From contig CAWCTF010000005.1 in assembly GCA_963798435.1 (NCBI GenBank), forward strand, positions 44,169 to 108,168: DNA of 64,000 nt, read 5' to 3'. Shown piece by piece: positions 10,363-20,087 of the stretch. The translations under genes were made by a program, and so were the position numbers. The DNA is from an uncultured Flavobacteriaceae bacterium. Lineage in GTDB: Bacteria > Bacteroidota > Bacteroidia > Flavobacteriales > Flavobacteriaceae. Below the pieces are notes generated by a model. The model was given only the letters and a program-made list of their open reading frames with translations, had not been told where the DNA came from and did not search any database. Every line of letters begins with the position of its first letter. Position 1 is the first letter of the stretch.

Positions 10363-11352
10363 TTATGTTGTCATTATTTCAGAAACCCGTATAAGTTCCT
10401 TGTCCATTTTTGTATGTCCCTTTATGGCCTTGCTTATTGGCGTCAGGATGAGTTTATTGTCCTGTACCCCGACCATGAGTCCTTTCTTACCCTCTAAAAG
10501 GGTCTCGACCGCCTTCACGCCCATGCGACTGGCCAGTACCCTATCGTAGCATGACGGCGGACCGCCGCGTTGCATATGGCCCAAAACCGATACCCGTACA
10601 TCATAGATCGGCAAATGCTCCTCAACATATTCCTTCAGTTCAAAAACATTCTTCCCAGATTTATCGCCCTCTGCCACAATTACGATACTTGAAGATTTGC
10701 CAGAAAGCTTACTGCGTTTCAAGGATTCGAGCAGGCGATCAAGCCCCCTGTTTTCCTCTGGGATCAAAATTTCCTCAGCTCCGGCACCAACGCCTGCATT
10801 CAGGGCGATATGTCCTACATCCCTCCCCATGACCTCAACGAAGAATAACCTATTATGGGAACTAGCGGTATCCCGTATTTTATCTACGGCATCCACCACG
10901 GTATTCAAGGCCGTATCGAATCCTAGCGTAAACGTGGTCCCGAAGATGTCATTGTCGATGGTACCTGGAATCCCCATAAACGGAAAATCGTATTCCTGAT
11001 CGAATATCATGGCTCCGGTAAAACTACCATCACCACCAATGACTACAAATGCGTCAATACCCTCGGCCTTTAATTGCTCATACGCCAGTTTACGACCTTC
11101 CTTGGTACGGAAATCGTTGCATCGTGCCGATTTTAGGATAGTTCCTCCCTTATTGATGATGTTATTGACACTTCGCGCATCCATGGGTTTGAAATCCCCT
11201 TCGATCATTCCTTGATACCCTCTAAAGATACCTACGCAATCAATATTGTGATATGCACACGTTCGTACTACGGATCGTATGGCGGCGTTCATGCCAGGAG
11301 AATCCCCACCTGAAGTAAAAACGCCTATTTTTTTTATTGGAATGGCCATCAA
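10363..11352 (-). CDS. pfkA: ATP-dependent 6-phosphofructokinase
   Basis: 329 aa with the TSGGDSPGMNA, IGGDGS, PGTIDND and MGR motifs. Confidence 0.92.
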   Translation of the reverse strand: MMAIPIKKIGVFTSGGDSPGMNAAIRSVVRTCAYHNIDCVGIFRGYQGMIEGDFKPMDARSVNNIINKGGTILKSARCNDFRTKEGRKLAYEQLKAEGIDAFVVIGGDGSFTGAMIFDQEYDFPFMGIPGTIDNDIFGTTFTLGFDTALNTVVDAVDKIRDTASSHNRLFFVEVMGRDVGHIALNAGVGAGAEEILIPEENRGLDRLLESLKRSKLSGKSSSIVIVAEGDKSGKNVFELKEYVEEHLPIYDVRVSVLGHMQRGGPPSCYDRVLASRMGVKAVETLLEGKKGLMVGVQDNKLILTPISKAIKGHTKMDKELIRVSEIMTT

Positions 11353-11366
11353 AAATTTTAAGCTAG

Positions 11367-11374
11367 CAAAATTA
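11367..11374 (-). promoter_or_regulatory. Candidate -7 box (TAatTTTG on the minus strand) for pfkA
   Basis: Exact TAnnTTTG match, 14 nt upstream of the pfkA ATG. Confidence 0.3.
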
Positions 11375-11387
11375 ACAAACTAATTTC

Positions 11388-11415
11388 AATTAAGGGAATT
11401 GTTGAATCCTTAATT
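11388..11415 (-). terminator. Possible hairpin terminator after tamB
   Basis: 8-bp inverted repeat aattaagg/ccttaatt with a 12-nt loop, downstream of the tamB stop. The stem is AT-rich and the T-tract is weak. Confidence 0.25.
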
Positions 11416-11507
11416 TCAATGTTCTTCGAACTTTCGATCGTTTTCATGCGGAATTAATGCCAACATCTGCAAAAATGTAACATTTCAACCTGCAGTCGTG
11501 GTAAATT

Positions 11508-14500
11508 TTAAAATCCTTTGGTTTTTGAATAGAATCGGATCAAACTATCATTTCCCATGACCGAGGGTGGCCCATTTTTACTGACCGGGACCTCTTTATT
11601 TTTTGTGTTTTTCGCAAAAATCTTTCTAAAAAGCTCCTTAAAACTGTTAAAATCAACTTCATAGGAAAGTCCGGCACCTTGGGTAGAGCCTTGTTGATTC
11701 GCTAAATATTCTTGTATTTCACTTTCACGACTAAAGAATTTGGCGCTCAAAGTGCCTTCTTCGTTCAAGAGTACCTGAATTTCGAAATCGCCCGCTATAA
11801 TAGTTTCGGTAGCGCCGCCAACCGGCACTCCTACCCTACCATTCAACAAAATGCGATCACTTATTTGTGTGGATACCGTTACCCCCAGCCGATCATTGGT
11901 CTTAAATTCGGCAATATTGCTACCTTGTTCATAGGATAGGCCCAAATTGAACTTATCGTTGCCCCCTCCCAAGACCTGGTTTAGCAAACCAGATGCCGAT
12001 TGGATCAAATTACCGGTAACGGCCTGTTGATTGATCCCGCTCTGTTCGTTCACAAAGGTACCCTGTGCCAGGAGAAAAATGGCATTCTTCTCCTCTATGG
12101 CAGGGTCTTGCAAGCGATACTCCAATTCTGATTGCACAATTGAATTGGTTCCTGGGAATTCTATATTAAATTCAATATCCGGACTTTGGAGCTGATTTCT
12201 TAAATTAATGACCACATTCGTGGGAATTCTGCGATTGTATCCTTGATTGGCCAACAAAGGTCCAGGATTCGCATTTAGGGAATAGACCGCCTTCATGTTT
12301 AATTGCGCCTCTAAAGGCTTCCCGTCCCAAACGATACTTCCACCAGGCTCAACCTTAAAGGTTTTGTTGATTACCCCTCCAAATTTGTAATTGAATTCCC
12401 CGGTCACGACAACGAAGTCACCGAACATTTCAAATTTGCCCGTTGTATTTATTCTGATCAACAATAGCCCCTCGCCCGTTCCTTTTAGGGAACTTCCCGT
12501 CCTTTGATCCGTAACGATCTCAACTTCGGCATCCGGCGTAACATTTAAATCGAATTCAAGCTCAAGACCTTCTATATCATCAAGAATTCGTTGGGCTTCT
12601 ATGGTCCTTACATCGTTTTTCTCCACGAAGTTAATAAAAGAATAATCGCCCACGGTCACCACATCGCTTAAGGGGATCTTCAAGGAAGTACCTCGCGCAG
12701 TTTCCCCATCTACCTTAATTGTAAGCGCCTTGGTCGACCCATAGATCCTACCGCTCCCATTTAAAAATCCGGTTCCATAATACAGTGTTTCCTCTTCAAA
12801 TTGGGTATCGAGGATCAAAAGGCGATTCCCGTTGGTGTCAACATTTAGATCAAGGACCCAATCCTTAAAAAACGAATGGGTGATCGTGCCATTCAAGGTG
12901 GCCGTGGTTCCATAGGCAAGATCCGTTAATCGTATCTGATCAAAATCAAATGATTTATTGACCAGATTTACCCGTGAATTCGGTGCAAAGTTATAATCGA
13001 CATTTAAATACGGAATTCCCAAGCCAGCATTATCCAAGGTTAGTATGCCACTGAAATCGGGGTTATCGATTTTGCCTTTTATGCGGGCATTCCCGCTAAG
13101 ATCACCTCGAATATTCGAGATAATATCCTCTCCTAGTGGACTAAAGGGTTCTAGATCAAAATCGGAGAAGTTGGCCAAAAGATCGGCCTCCGGAAAATCG
13201 CCCTTGTTCAATATTTTTCCGGCAACGCTCAATTTTTCCTTGCCCTTATCATTGATGTCGGCATTGACTACAAATTCGGTGAGATCGCGGTTTCCTGCAA
13301 TACCAATCGTCAGATCGCCCATGCGCATGTCGTTGATGGAAAATTCACCGATACGAAGGTTTGAAGAAGGCAGATATACCCCATCTTTTTGAAATACGTT
13401 CAGGGTGCCATTCACCTCGCCTTGTAACTTTAAACCCGTGATGGCCGGCGTTATTTTGTTCAACGAGACGATTTTAAACTGTAGTTCCAGATCTTTGTAG
13501 GTAGAGTCTGCCAATTGACCCTTAAGGCGTATTTGCTCCTGTTGGCTATTGTTCATTACTATTTCCTGAATCGTAATACTGTCGAGCGAACGGTTGAAGA
13601 TTACCTTGTTCTTATTATCCCCATCCTTGTTCAGGACCCATTTATTGCCCTTAAAACTTACATCGGAGGTTTTGAGACCGATTACCGATTTGTTTTCCTT
13701 GTTGAAGGTGTGATAAAAGTTCAGGTTGTAGCTATCATTAAAGGTGCTGCCCCCCTTAAATTCAGCCCTAAAAAAAAGGGTGTCCTTTAAAGTAGTGTTG
13801 ATCAGATTGAAATCCTTGACGTCATAGTACTTCGTTTTTAAATTACCGACCGAAACAAACGTATTGAAAAGTGGATTCTTGTTGTCGATCTTTACTTCTA
13901 TACTATCGGCTTCATTGCCATACGCCATAATACTAGGGGATTTGAAATTTAGCTTAAAATCACCCTCGTCGGCAATGATATTCCCTTTAATGAAGGTATT
14001 TGGGTCAAATTTCACATCGGGAAAGAAAACATCGACGATTTTATTATAAATCTTGAAGTTGAAAGCAATCGTCTGCCCATTCGAAATTTCAAAAGGTTTA
14101 TAATTGGTATACACGCTTCCCAAGGAATTCTGTACCAATTTGCCCAATTCTTTCACCTTAAAATTGCCTTTCATGTAACCCGTTATAATATCCGGGGAAT
14201 TGATATCGATTATGCGGGTGGTATCGTTCTCGAATGTGGATGAAATCTTGAAATCCTCAAAATAATAGGTATCGTTCTTATTCTGAAAGATGGTCTTTGT
14301 AAATTTAATATCGCCGGTTAAATTATCTAACGTGTTCCCGGTTACATCCATCGTAACATTCCCCTTAAAGATCGACACACTGTCTTTAATAAAATTCAAC
14401 TTCTTAAGATCTGCATATGCCACGTTGGCGATGAAATTGAAATCGTTGCGGTCATTGCCAAAATCGGCCAATCCCTTAAAATTAAACTGCAGGTTCTCGT

Positions 14501-15929
14501 CATTACTTACCAAGGTACCATCGAACAATTGTTCTTTCAAAACCCCTGAAACCTTAATGTCCTTATATTCATAGCGGTTGAAAATCATCGAATAGATCTG
14601 TCCTATGACCTCGGTATTCAGGTTCTCCTGGGTAAAGCCCCGGCCTTCCACATTAAAATCCAGGGAGGTCTTGCCGACTTGCTTATTTTCAAGCAAAGTG
14701 CCCAAATCAAAATCGATCAGCGCTACGAAGCCCTTGTAGTAGGCATTGTCAATATGATTGATATTAACTAGGTCTAAATCTACATAACTACTTCCCAAGG
14801 CTGTATTCAGGTTTGCCTTGGCGGTAATCGAAGACTCTGACACCTCGGCATCGCCCCGAATCGTAAACTGTCCTAGCTTCTGGAAGGTCGATGGTATGGC
14901 TTTTCCTAGGATATTCGGTAAAAGTGAACGTAGCTCGTAATAACTTGATGTTACGTTTTTCATTTGGGCAACCATCAAAAAAGGCTCCTCTTTGGAGAAA
15001 AGATTTTTAAAATTGAAATCGCCCCGTATGCCCGAATTATCTGACTGCAAAAAGAGTTCATCGGTGTTCAGATCGTTCAGGACACCGCTTATATTCGCAG
15101 AAAAGGAGGCCTTTTTACCTTTTCCGAATTCATCATATAGCAAATTGATCTCATCGAAGGCCACGGTCGATTCCTCAAAATTTGCCGTTATTTTGACCTT
15201 GTTCAAAAAATCAACAAAATCCTGACGATCATAATTAAATACAAGGTTTCCTTTGAGATCTGATTCTGTAGTCCGAATATTTAAAGAGTCGAACCGCATT
15301 TGTTGTTTGCTATACTTGAAATCGGTCGCCAGTCGATTCACTTTGATGCCTTTGCTGCTCATAAAGGACATATCGGAAATCGCGGTGGTGACCTCAGGGC
15401 CTAAAATCTGGAAATCCCTAGCCGAAATAAATAAATCCTTGAAATTGAGAAATTCGGACTTTACCAAGTTCTCATCGCTGTATTTGAAAGTACTTTTATC
15501 GATTTCAACATCGGAAGAGGAAAAAAAGAAAGGTGGGGTTCCCGGGGCACGTGGTTGCTTATCATCTAGCTTATCAATAAAAACCTCCAAATTCGTATTC
15601 GATTCTCCCTTGTAGGTCTTTAGATTAAAGTCAAGATGGTCTATTGCAATAGCGCCAAACTCTAATCTCCCTTTGGCCAAGTTGCGCAAACTAAGTATCG
15701 ATGTGGTAATTCTGTCAATATAAAACAGGGTATCGTTCTTATAATCCTGAACATAGACTTTGTCGAGTTGGGTGTCCCAGGAAATCAAGGAGACCCGCAG
15801 TCGATCAATGTTGATATTCGTTCCAAATTCAATATTGATCCTATTCGTGGCATATTGTGCAAAACGCGTCTGAACGATGGGCAGGGAAAGTACTAGAGTA
15901 CCCAAAACACAAAGCAAGACCAGCACCAT
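11508..15929 (-). CDS. tamB: Translocation/assembly module protein TamB (DUF490 C-terminus)
   Basis: 1473 aa with an N-terminal signal-anchor, a long beta-rich body and a TamB-like C-terminal region (GLSYEQGS...VTVSTQISDRILLNGRVGVPVGG). Confidence 0.8.
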   Translation of the reverse strand: MVLVLLCVLGTLVLSLPIVQTRFAQYATNRINIEFGTNINIDRLRVSLISWDTQLDKVYVQDYKNDTLFYIDRITTSILSLRNLAKGRLEFGAIAIDHLDFNLKTYKGESNTNLEVFIDKLDDKQPRAPGTPPFFFSSSDVEIDKSTFKYSDENLVKSEFLNFKDLFISARDFQILGPEVTTAISDMSFMSSKGIKVNRLATDFKYSKQQMRFDSLNIRTTESDLKGNLVFNYDRQDFVDFLNKVKITANFEESTVAFDEINLLYDEFGKGKKASFSANISGVLNDLNTDELFLQSDNSGIRGDFNFKNLFSKEEPFLMVAQMKNVTSSYYELRSLLPNILGKAIPSTFQKLGQFTIRGDAEVSESSITAKANLNTALGSSYVDLDLVNINHIDNAYYKGFVALIDFDLGTLLENKQVGKTSLDFNVEGRGFTQENLNTEVIGQIYSMIFNRYEYKDIKVSGVLKEQLFDGTLVSNDENLQFNFKGLADFGNDRNDFNFIANVAYADLKKLNFIKDSVSIFKGNVTMDVTGNTLDNLTGDIKFTKTIFQNKNDTYYFEDFKISSTFENDTTRIIDINSPDIITGYMKGNFKVKELGKLVQNSLGSVYTNYKPFEISNGQTIAFNFKIYNKIVDVFFPDVKFDPNTFIKGNIIADEGDFKLNFKSPSIMAYGNEADSIEVKIDNKNPLFNTFVSVGNLKTKYYDVKDFNLINTTLKDTLFFRAEFKGGSTFNDSYNLNFYHTFNKENKSVIGLKTSDVSFKGNKWVLNKDGDNKNKVIFNRSLDSITIQEIVMNNSQQEQIRLKGQLADSTYKDLELQFKIVSLNKITPAITGLKLQGEVNGTLNVFQKDGVYLPSSNLRIGEFSINDMRMGDLTIGIAGNRDLTEFVVNADINDKGKEKLSVAGKILNKGDFPEADLLANFSDFDLEPFSPLGEDIISNIRGDLSGNARIKGKIDNPDFSGILTLDNAGLGIPYLNVDYNFAPNSRVNLVNKSFDFDQIRLTDLAYGTTATLNGTITHSFFKDWVLDLNVDTNGNRLLILDTQFEEETLYYGTGFLNGSGRIYGSTKALTIKVDGETARGTSLKIPLSDVVTVGDYSFINFVEKNDVRTIEAQRILDDIEGLELEFDLNVTPDAEVEIVTDQRTGSSLKGTGEGLLLIRINTTGKFEMFGDFVVVTGEFNYKFGGVINKTFKVEPGGSIVWDGKPLEAQLNMKAVYSLNANPGPLLANQGYNRRIPTNVVINLRNQLQSPDIEFNIEFPGTNSIVQSELEYRLQDPAIEEKNAIFLLAQGTFVNEQSGINQQAVTGNLIQSASGLLNQVLGGGNDKFNLGLSYEQGSNIAEFKTNDRLGVTVSTQISDRILLNGRVGVPVGGATETIIAGDFEIQVLLNEEGTLSAKFFSRESEIQEYLANQQGSTQGAGLSYEVDFNSFKELFRKIFAKNTKNKEVPVSKNGPPSVMGNDSLIRFYSKTKGF

Positions 15930-15979
15930 CAGCGTTCTTACCAGTATTTTTCTAAGTTTTTTGATAGTGCTTTATGTTT

Positions 15980-15987
15980 TACCTTTG
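15980..15987 (+). promoter_or_regulatory. Candidate -7 box (TAccTTTG) in the tamB/tsaD divergent region
   Basis: Exact TAnnTTTG match, but it lies about 185 nt upstream of the tsaD ATG. Confidence 0.25.
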
Positions 15988-16172
15988 TACTTCAGAGACT
16001 TTTATGAAATATGCCAATTATTATTTTATACATCCCTTAGCACATCACCTTGTTAAGATAGTTGAACAGTTGCCGGTGTTTTGGCAAAATCATGCCGTAT
16101 TTGAATCAAAGGCAAGCTATAAAAATCCAAATCATATTTCATAACAAATCCACAATATTTGTTCCAAAGCCA

Positions 16173-17195
16173 ATGGATCTCAAAACTATTTACATCCTCG
16201 CCATTGAATCTTCATGTGATGATACTTCAGCGGCCGTTTTGTGCAATAATAAAACGCTTAGCAATGTCGTTGCGACCCAAAAAATCCATGAGGAATATGG
16301 GGGCGTTGTACCCGAACTGGCCTCAAGGGCGCACCAACGAAATATCGTGCCAACGGTACACCAAGCTTTGACACTCGCAAATATCGACAAAAAACAGTTA
16401 TCCGCCATAGCTTTTACGAGGGGCCCGGGACTTATGGGTTCTTTATTGGTAGGCATCTCATTTGCCAAGTCTTTGTCATTGGGTCTTGGGCTTCCACTGA
16501 TTGAAGTTAACCATATGCAGGCCCATATATTGGCCCATTTTATCAAGGACGAAAAGAACCCGATGCCGCAGTTTCCGTTTTTGGCGATGACGATAAGTGG
16601 CGGACATACACAAATCGTGCGTGTAAATGACTTTTTTGATATGGAGGTACTCGGCCAAACCCTTGATGATGCCGTTGGCGAGGCTTTTGACAAAAGTGCA
16701 AAGCTACTCGGATTGCCATATCCTGGTGGACCCTTGGTGGATCGGTATGCACAACTCGGGAACCCGAAGGCCTTTCATTTTCCAAAACCAAAAGTCGAGG
16801 GTCTTGATTTTAGCTTTAGTGGCCTCAAAACGAGCATTCTGTATTTTATTCAGCGGGAAACCGAACGCGATGTCAATTTTATAAACAAAAATCTCAACGA
16901 TATTTGTGCATCCATTCAATTTACAATTATTGAAATTTTAATGGATAAATTGAAAAAGGCCGTAAAAAAAACTGGAATTCAACAGGTCGCCATTGGTGGC
17001 GGAGTATCTGCCAATTCTGGGATACGCCGGGCCCTCAACGACGCCGAAATCAACTATGGCTGGACGACCTATATTCCTAAATTCGAATATTGTACCGATA
17101 ACGCCGCCATGATCGGCATCGTTGGATACTTAAAATTTCGTGAGCGGCAATTTACCGATGCTGCCGTAAGTGCCAAGGCGAGATATACCCTTTAA
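16173..17195 (+). CDS. tsaD: tRNA N6-adenosine threonylcarbamoyltransferase
   Basis: ILAIESSCDDTSAAV...VNHMQAHI...GGGVSAN are TsaD/Kae1 signatures. The likely start is MDLKTIY at 16173, downstream of the ORF-track start at 16062. Confidence 0.92.
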   Translation: MDLKTIYILAIESSCDDTSAAVLCNNKTLSNVVATQKIHEEYGGVVPELASRAHQRNIVPTVHQALTLANIDKKQLSAIAFTRGPGLMGSLLVGISFAKSLSLGLGLPLIEVNHMQAHILAHFIKDEKNPMPQFPFLAMTISGGHTQIVRVNDFFDMEVLGQTLDDAVGEAFDKSAKLLGLPYPGGPLVDRYAQLGNPKAFHFPKPKVEGLDFSFSGLKTSILYFIQRETERDVNFINKNLNDICASIQFTIIEILMDKLKKAVKKTGIQQVAIGGGVSANSGIRRALNDAEINYGWTTYIPKFEYCTDNAAMIGIVGYLKFRERQFTDAAVSAKARYTL

Positions 17196-17212
17196 ATCAT
17201 TATCTTTATCGT

Positions 17213-17560
17213 ATGGCCTATCAGCAGGAGTTAGCAAATAGAATTCGCGATCTTATCACTATTTTTCCAGAGGAACTACGCGGGTACGTAAGCGAAAAAA
17301 AAATGTTCGGGAGAATCGCTTTTTTATATAGGGGGAAAATGACGGGCGGCGCCATTAAAGATGATCTTATGGTGCGGGTAATAGCAGACAAAATGGAGGA
17401 GATTAGGGCCTTAAAACAGGTGCGCCCAATGGATTTTACAAAACGACCCATGAAGGAATTCGTGTTTGTTTCCCCGGGCGGATATGTTAACGGGGAACAG
17501 CTGCATTTTTGGATTTCCTTGGGCATCGAACATGCAATACACAAGTCGAAAATCAATTAA
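17213..17560 (+). CDS. TfoX/Sxy N-terminal-domain family protein
   Basis: 115 aa. The pattern EKKMFGRIAFLYRGKM...DLMVRV...RPMDFTKRPMKEFVFV matches the TfoX_N domain. Confidence 0.6.
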   Translation: MAYQQELANRIRDLITIFPEELRGYVSEKKMFGRIAFLYRGKMTGGAIKDDLMVRVIADKMEEIRALKQVRPMDFTKRPMKEFVFVSPGGYVNGEQLHFWISLGIEHAIHKSKIN

Positions 17561-17594
17561 TTCTTAACTCTTCCCAACGAAACGATTTGAAAAT

Positions 17595-18303
17595 ATGCAA
17601 CTTTTTTACAATCCTTCCCTAGATGATGCACATTCCCGATTCACATTTGATGCCGAGGAAAGCCGGCACATAATCAAGGTGCTTCGGAAAAAAGAAGGTG
17701 ACTTGTTACATATCACCAATGGGAAAAGGAGATCTTTTTGAGGCACGTCTACGTACGGCAGACCTTAAAAGGTGTGAAGTCGAAATTATGGGTAAAACCA
17801 AAAGACATCAGAAAAGATATGCGTTGCACATGGCTGTAGCACCTACCAAAAACAATGATCGATTTGAGTGGTTTTTGGAAAAAGCCACAGAAATCGGGGT
17901 GAGTGAAATAACACCGATTCTCTGTGCGCGATCTGAACGGAAAATCATTAAGCTTGAACGCATTCAAAAAGTTGTTCAGGCCGCCATGAAACAATCGTTG
18001 CAATTGTATCTTCCGAAAGTAAACGATGCCATTTCTTTTACTGATTTTATGAATTTGGAAAAGAAAGGGTTCTTATTCATCGCCCATTGTGAAGAGAGCG
18101 AAAAGATGGATTTAATGCGACGGGTTCTCCCCGATAGGGACATTACGATCTTGATCGGTCCTGAAGGCGATTTTACGCACGAGGAAATCAATTTGGCGAG
18201 AGAAAATGGCTTTTTACCAATTTCATTGGGGGAGAATCGCCTGCGTACCGAAACAGCGGCCTTAGTTGCATGTACCATTGTAGCAGTAGTCAACAACGAA
18301 TAA
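17595..18303 (+). pseudogene. rsmE: 16S rRNA (uracil1498-N3)-methyltransferase, interrupted by one frameshift as sequenced
   Basis: The ORF from the ATG at 17595 (MQLFYNPSLDDAHSRFTFDAEESRHIIKVLRKKEGDLLHITNGK) stops at 17739-17741. The ORF-track frame 17698..18303 then continues with GKGDLFEARL...HMAVAPTKNNDRFEWFLEKATEIGVSEITP...IGPEGDFT. The shift is at 17721-17727. Confidence 0.85.
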
Positions 18304-18325
18304 CCTTATAGCGTATCTTTAAAAT

Positions 18326-18976
18326 ATGAATTGTCGTAGATTACTATTGGTTTCTTTTAGCTTCCTCTTCTGGATCGGTTGCCCTGCACAGGAAATTGCC
18401 CTCTTGAAATATAAAGGAGGAGGCGACTGGTACGCCAACCCTACCTCCCTCCCCAATCTGATCAAATTCTGCAACGACAACATCGGTACTAGATTGAATG
18501 TGAAGTCCGAAACGGTTGAAGTGGGCAATGTGAATATCTTTCAATATCCGTTTTTGCATATGACCGGGCATGGCAATGTGGTGTTTTCTGCAGAGGAAGC
18601 TGAAAATCTACGTACCTACTTAATCGCAGGCGGTTTTTTACATATCGATGACAATTATGGCATGGAACCTTATTTGCGAAAGGAACTCATCAAGGTTTTC
18701 CCAGAAACCGAATTGGTAGAATTGGGGCCCGATCATCCCATATTTTCGCAAGAATATAAGTTCCCGGATGGGCTGCCTAAAATTCATGAACATGATCGAA
18801 AAAGGCCCCAGGCATTTGGCATATTTTATGAAAATCGGCTTGTATTGTTATTTACGTACGAATGTGACCTAGGGGATGGCTGGGAAGACCCGGAAGTTCA
18901 TAATGATCCTCAAGACGTCCGCGAAAAAGCGCTGAAAATGGGGGCCAATATCATTTCCTACGTTTTTAAAAATTAA
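18326..18976 (+). CDS. DUF4159 domain protein
   Basis: 216 aa with a signal peptide. LKYKGGGDWYANPTSLPNL...HMTGHGNVVFS...GGFLHIDDNYG is typical of DUF4159. Confidence 0.65.
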   Translation: MNCRRLLLVSFSFLFWIGCPAQEIALLKYKGGGDWYANPTSLPNLIKFCNDNIGTRLNVKSETVEVGNVNIFQYPFLHMTGHGNVVFSAEEAENLRTYLIAGGFLHIDDNYGMEPYLRKELIKVFPETELVELGPDHPIFSQEYKFPDGLPKIHEHDRKRPQAFGIFYENRLVLLFTYECDLGDGWEDPEVHNDPQDVREKALKMGANIISYVFKN

Positions 18977-18979
18977 CCA

Positions 18980-20080
18980 ATGAATTCAAGGGTCATTTCA
19001 AAAGGCATTTTACGGGCGTTCTGGACGATAGTCGCATGCGCGTTTGTCGTGTATTTACTGTACAAAATTCAGTCGGTGATCGCCTACTTGGTCATCGCTT
19101 CGGTAATCGCGCTTATAGGGAGCCCGGTAGTATTCTTTTTGCGCTTGAAACTAAAAATTCCCAATACCTTGGCTGTGGTCTTGACCATGCTGTTTATGGT
19201 AACCATATTTATTGGAATATTCGCCCTTTTTGTTCCCTTGATCTCGGAGCAGGGCCATAATCTAAAATTATTGAATATTGACGAGCTTCAAAAAAGCCTG
19301 AATACGCTATATTGGGAAATTTCGCATTATTTTAAGGCACCCCCTGAGATGGTGAGTGAGATTATCCAGGAAGGCGATCTCAAAAAAAACATGTTGGAAG
19401 GCCTCGATATCGGATTTATCCCCAATTTTCTGAATTCGTTTTTAGGGATCTTGAGCAATATTAGCCTCGGTCTCTTCTCAGTACTCTTCATTTCGTTTTT
19501 CTTTTTAAAAGATCGAAAATTGCTCCAGAATTCGGTTTTATTAATCGTCCCGGCAGATAAGGAAGCGCACACGATTGCCTCCATACACAAGATCAATAAC
19601 CTGCTTTCTCGGTATTTCGTAGGCCTGCTCTTGCAGATTTTCATCTTGTTCGTGATTTATAGCTTGGTACTGTTTTTGGTCGGCATCGAAAACGCGGTCG
19701 TGATTGCCTTTTTGTGCGCCTTGTTCAATATTATTCCATATATCGGGCCTATTATTGGGGCCGTTATAATGATAATCCTTACCATGACCAGTAATTTGGG
19801 AGCCGATTTTAGCGATGTAATCCTACCCAAAACGGGACAAGTTTTGATCGGGTTGGCCATAGGTCAATTGGTCGATAATTTCTTTTCGCAACCCGTTATT
19901 TTTTCAAATAGCGTGAAGTCGCATCCTCTTGAAATCTTCTTGGTCATCATCATTGCAGGGCTACTCTTTGGTGTTGTCGGAATGATCGTTGCCGTCCCAG
20001 GTTACACCGTACTAAAAGTGATTTTAAAGGAATTTTTTGCCGAAAACAAGCTGGTGAAATCGATTACCGAAAAATTATAG
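18980..20080 (+). CDS. AI-2E family transporter (PerM-like permease)
   Basis: 366 aa with about 8 predicted TM segments. The C-terminal half carries a conserved NxIPYIGPxIG-like motif (FNIIPYIGPIIGAV). Confidence 0.8.
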   Translation: MNSRVISKGILRAFWTIVACAFVVYLLYKIQSVIAYLVIASVIALIGSPVVFFLRLKLKIPNTLAVVLTMLFMVTIFIGIFALFVPLISEQGHNLKLLNIDELQKSLNTLYWEISHYFKAPPEMVSEIIQEGDLKKNMLEGLDIGFIPNFLNSFLGILSNISLGLFSVLFISFFFLKDRKLLQNSVLLIVPADKEAHTIASIHKINNLLSRYFVGLLLQIFILFVIYSLVLFLVGIENAVVIAFLCALFNIIPYIGPIIGAVIMIILTMTSNLGADFSDVILPKTGQVLIGLAIGQLVDNFFSQPVIFSNSVKSHPLEIFLVIIIAGLLFGVVGMIVAVPGYTVLKVILKEFFAENKLVKSITEKL

Positions 20081-20087
20081 TATTACA

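Noticed and set aside
15930-15971. Possible N-terminal extension of TamB. The in-frame upstream codons read IKKLRKILVRTL, a typical positively charged n-region.
   Set aside because: No ATG, GTG or TTG exists between the upstream stop (15972-15974) and the ATG at 15929. The only candidate would be an ATC codon. I kept the ATG start, but a base error in the original start codon cannot be excluded.
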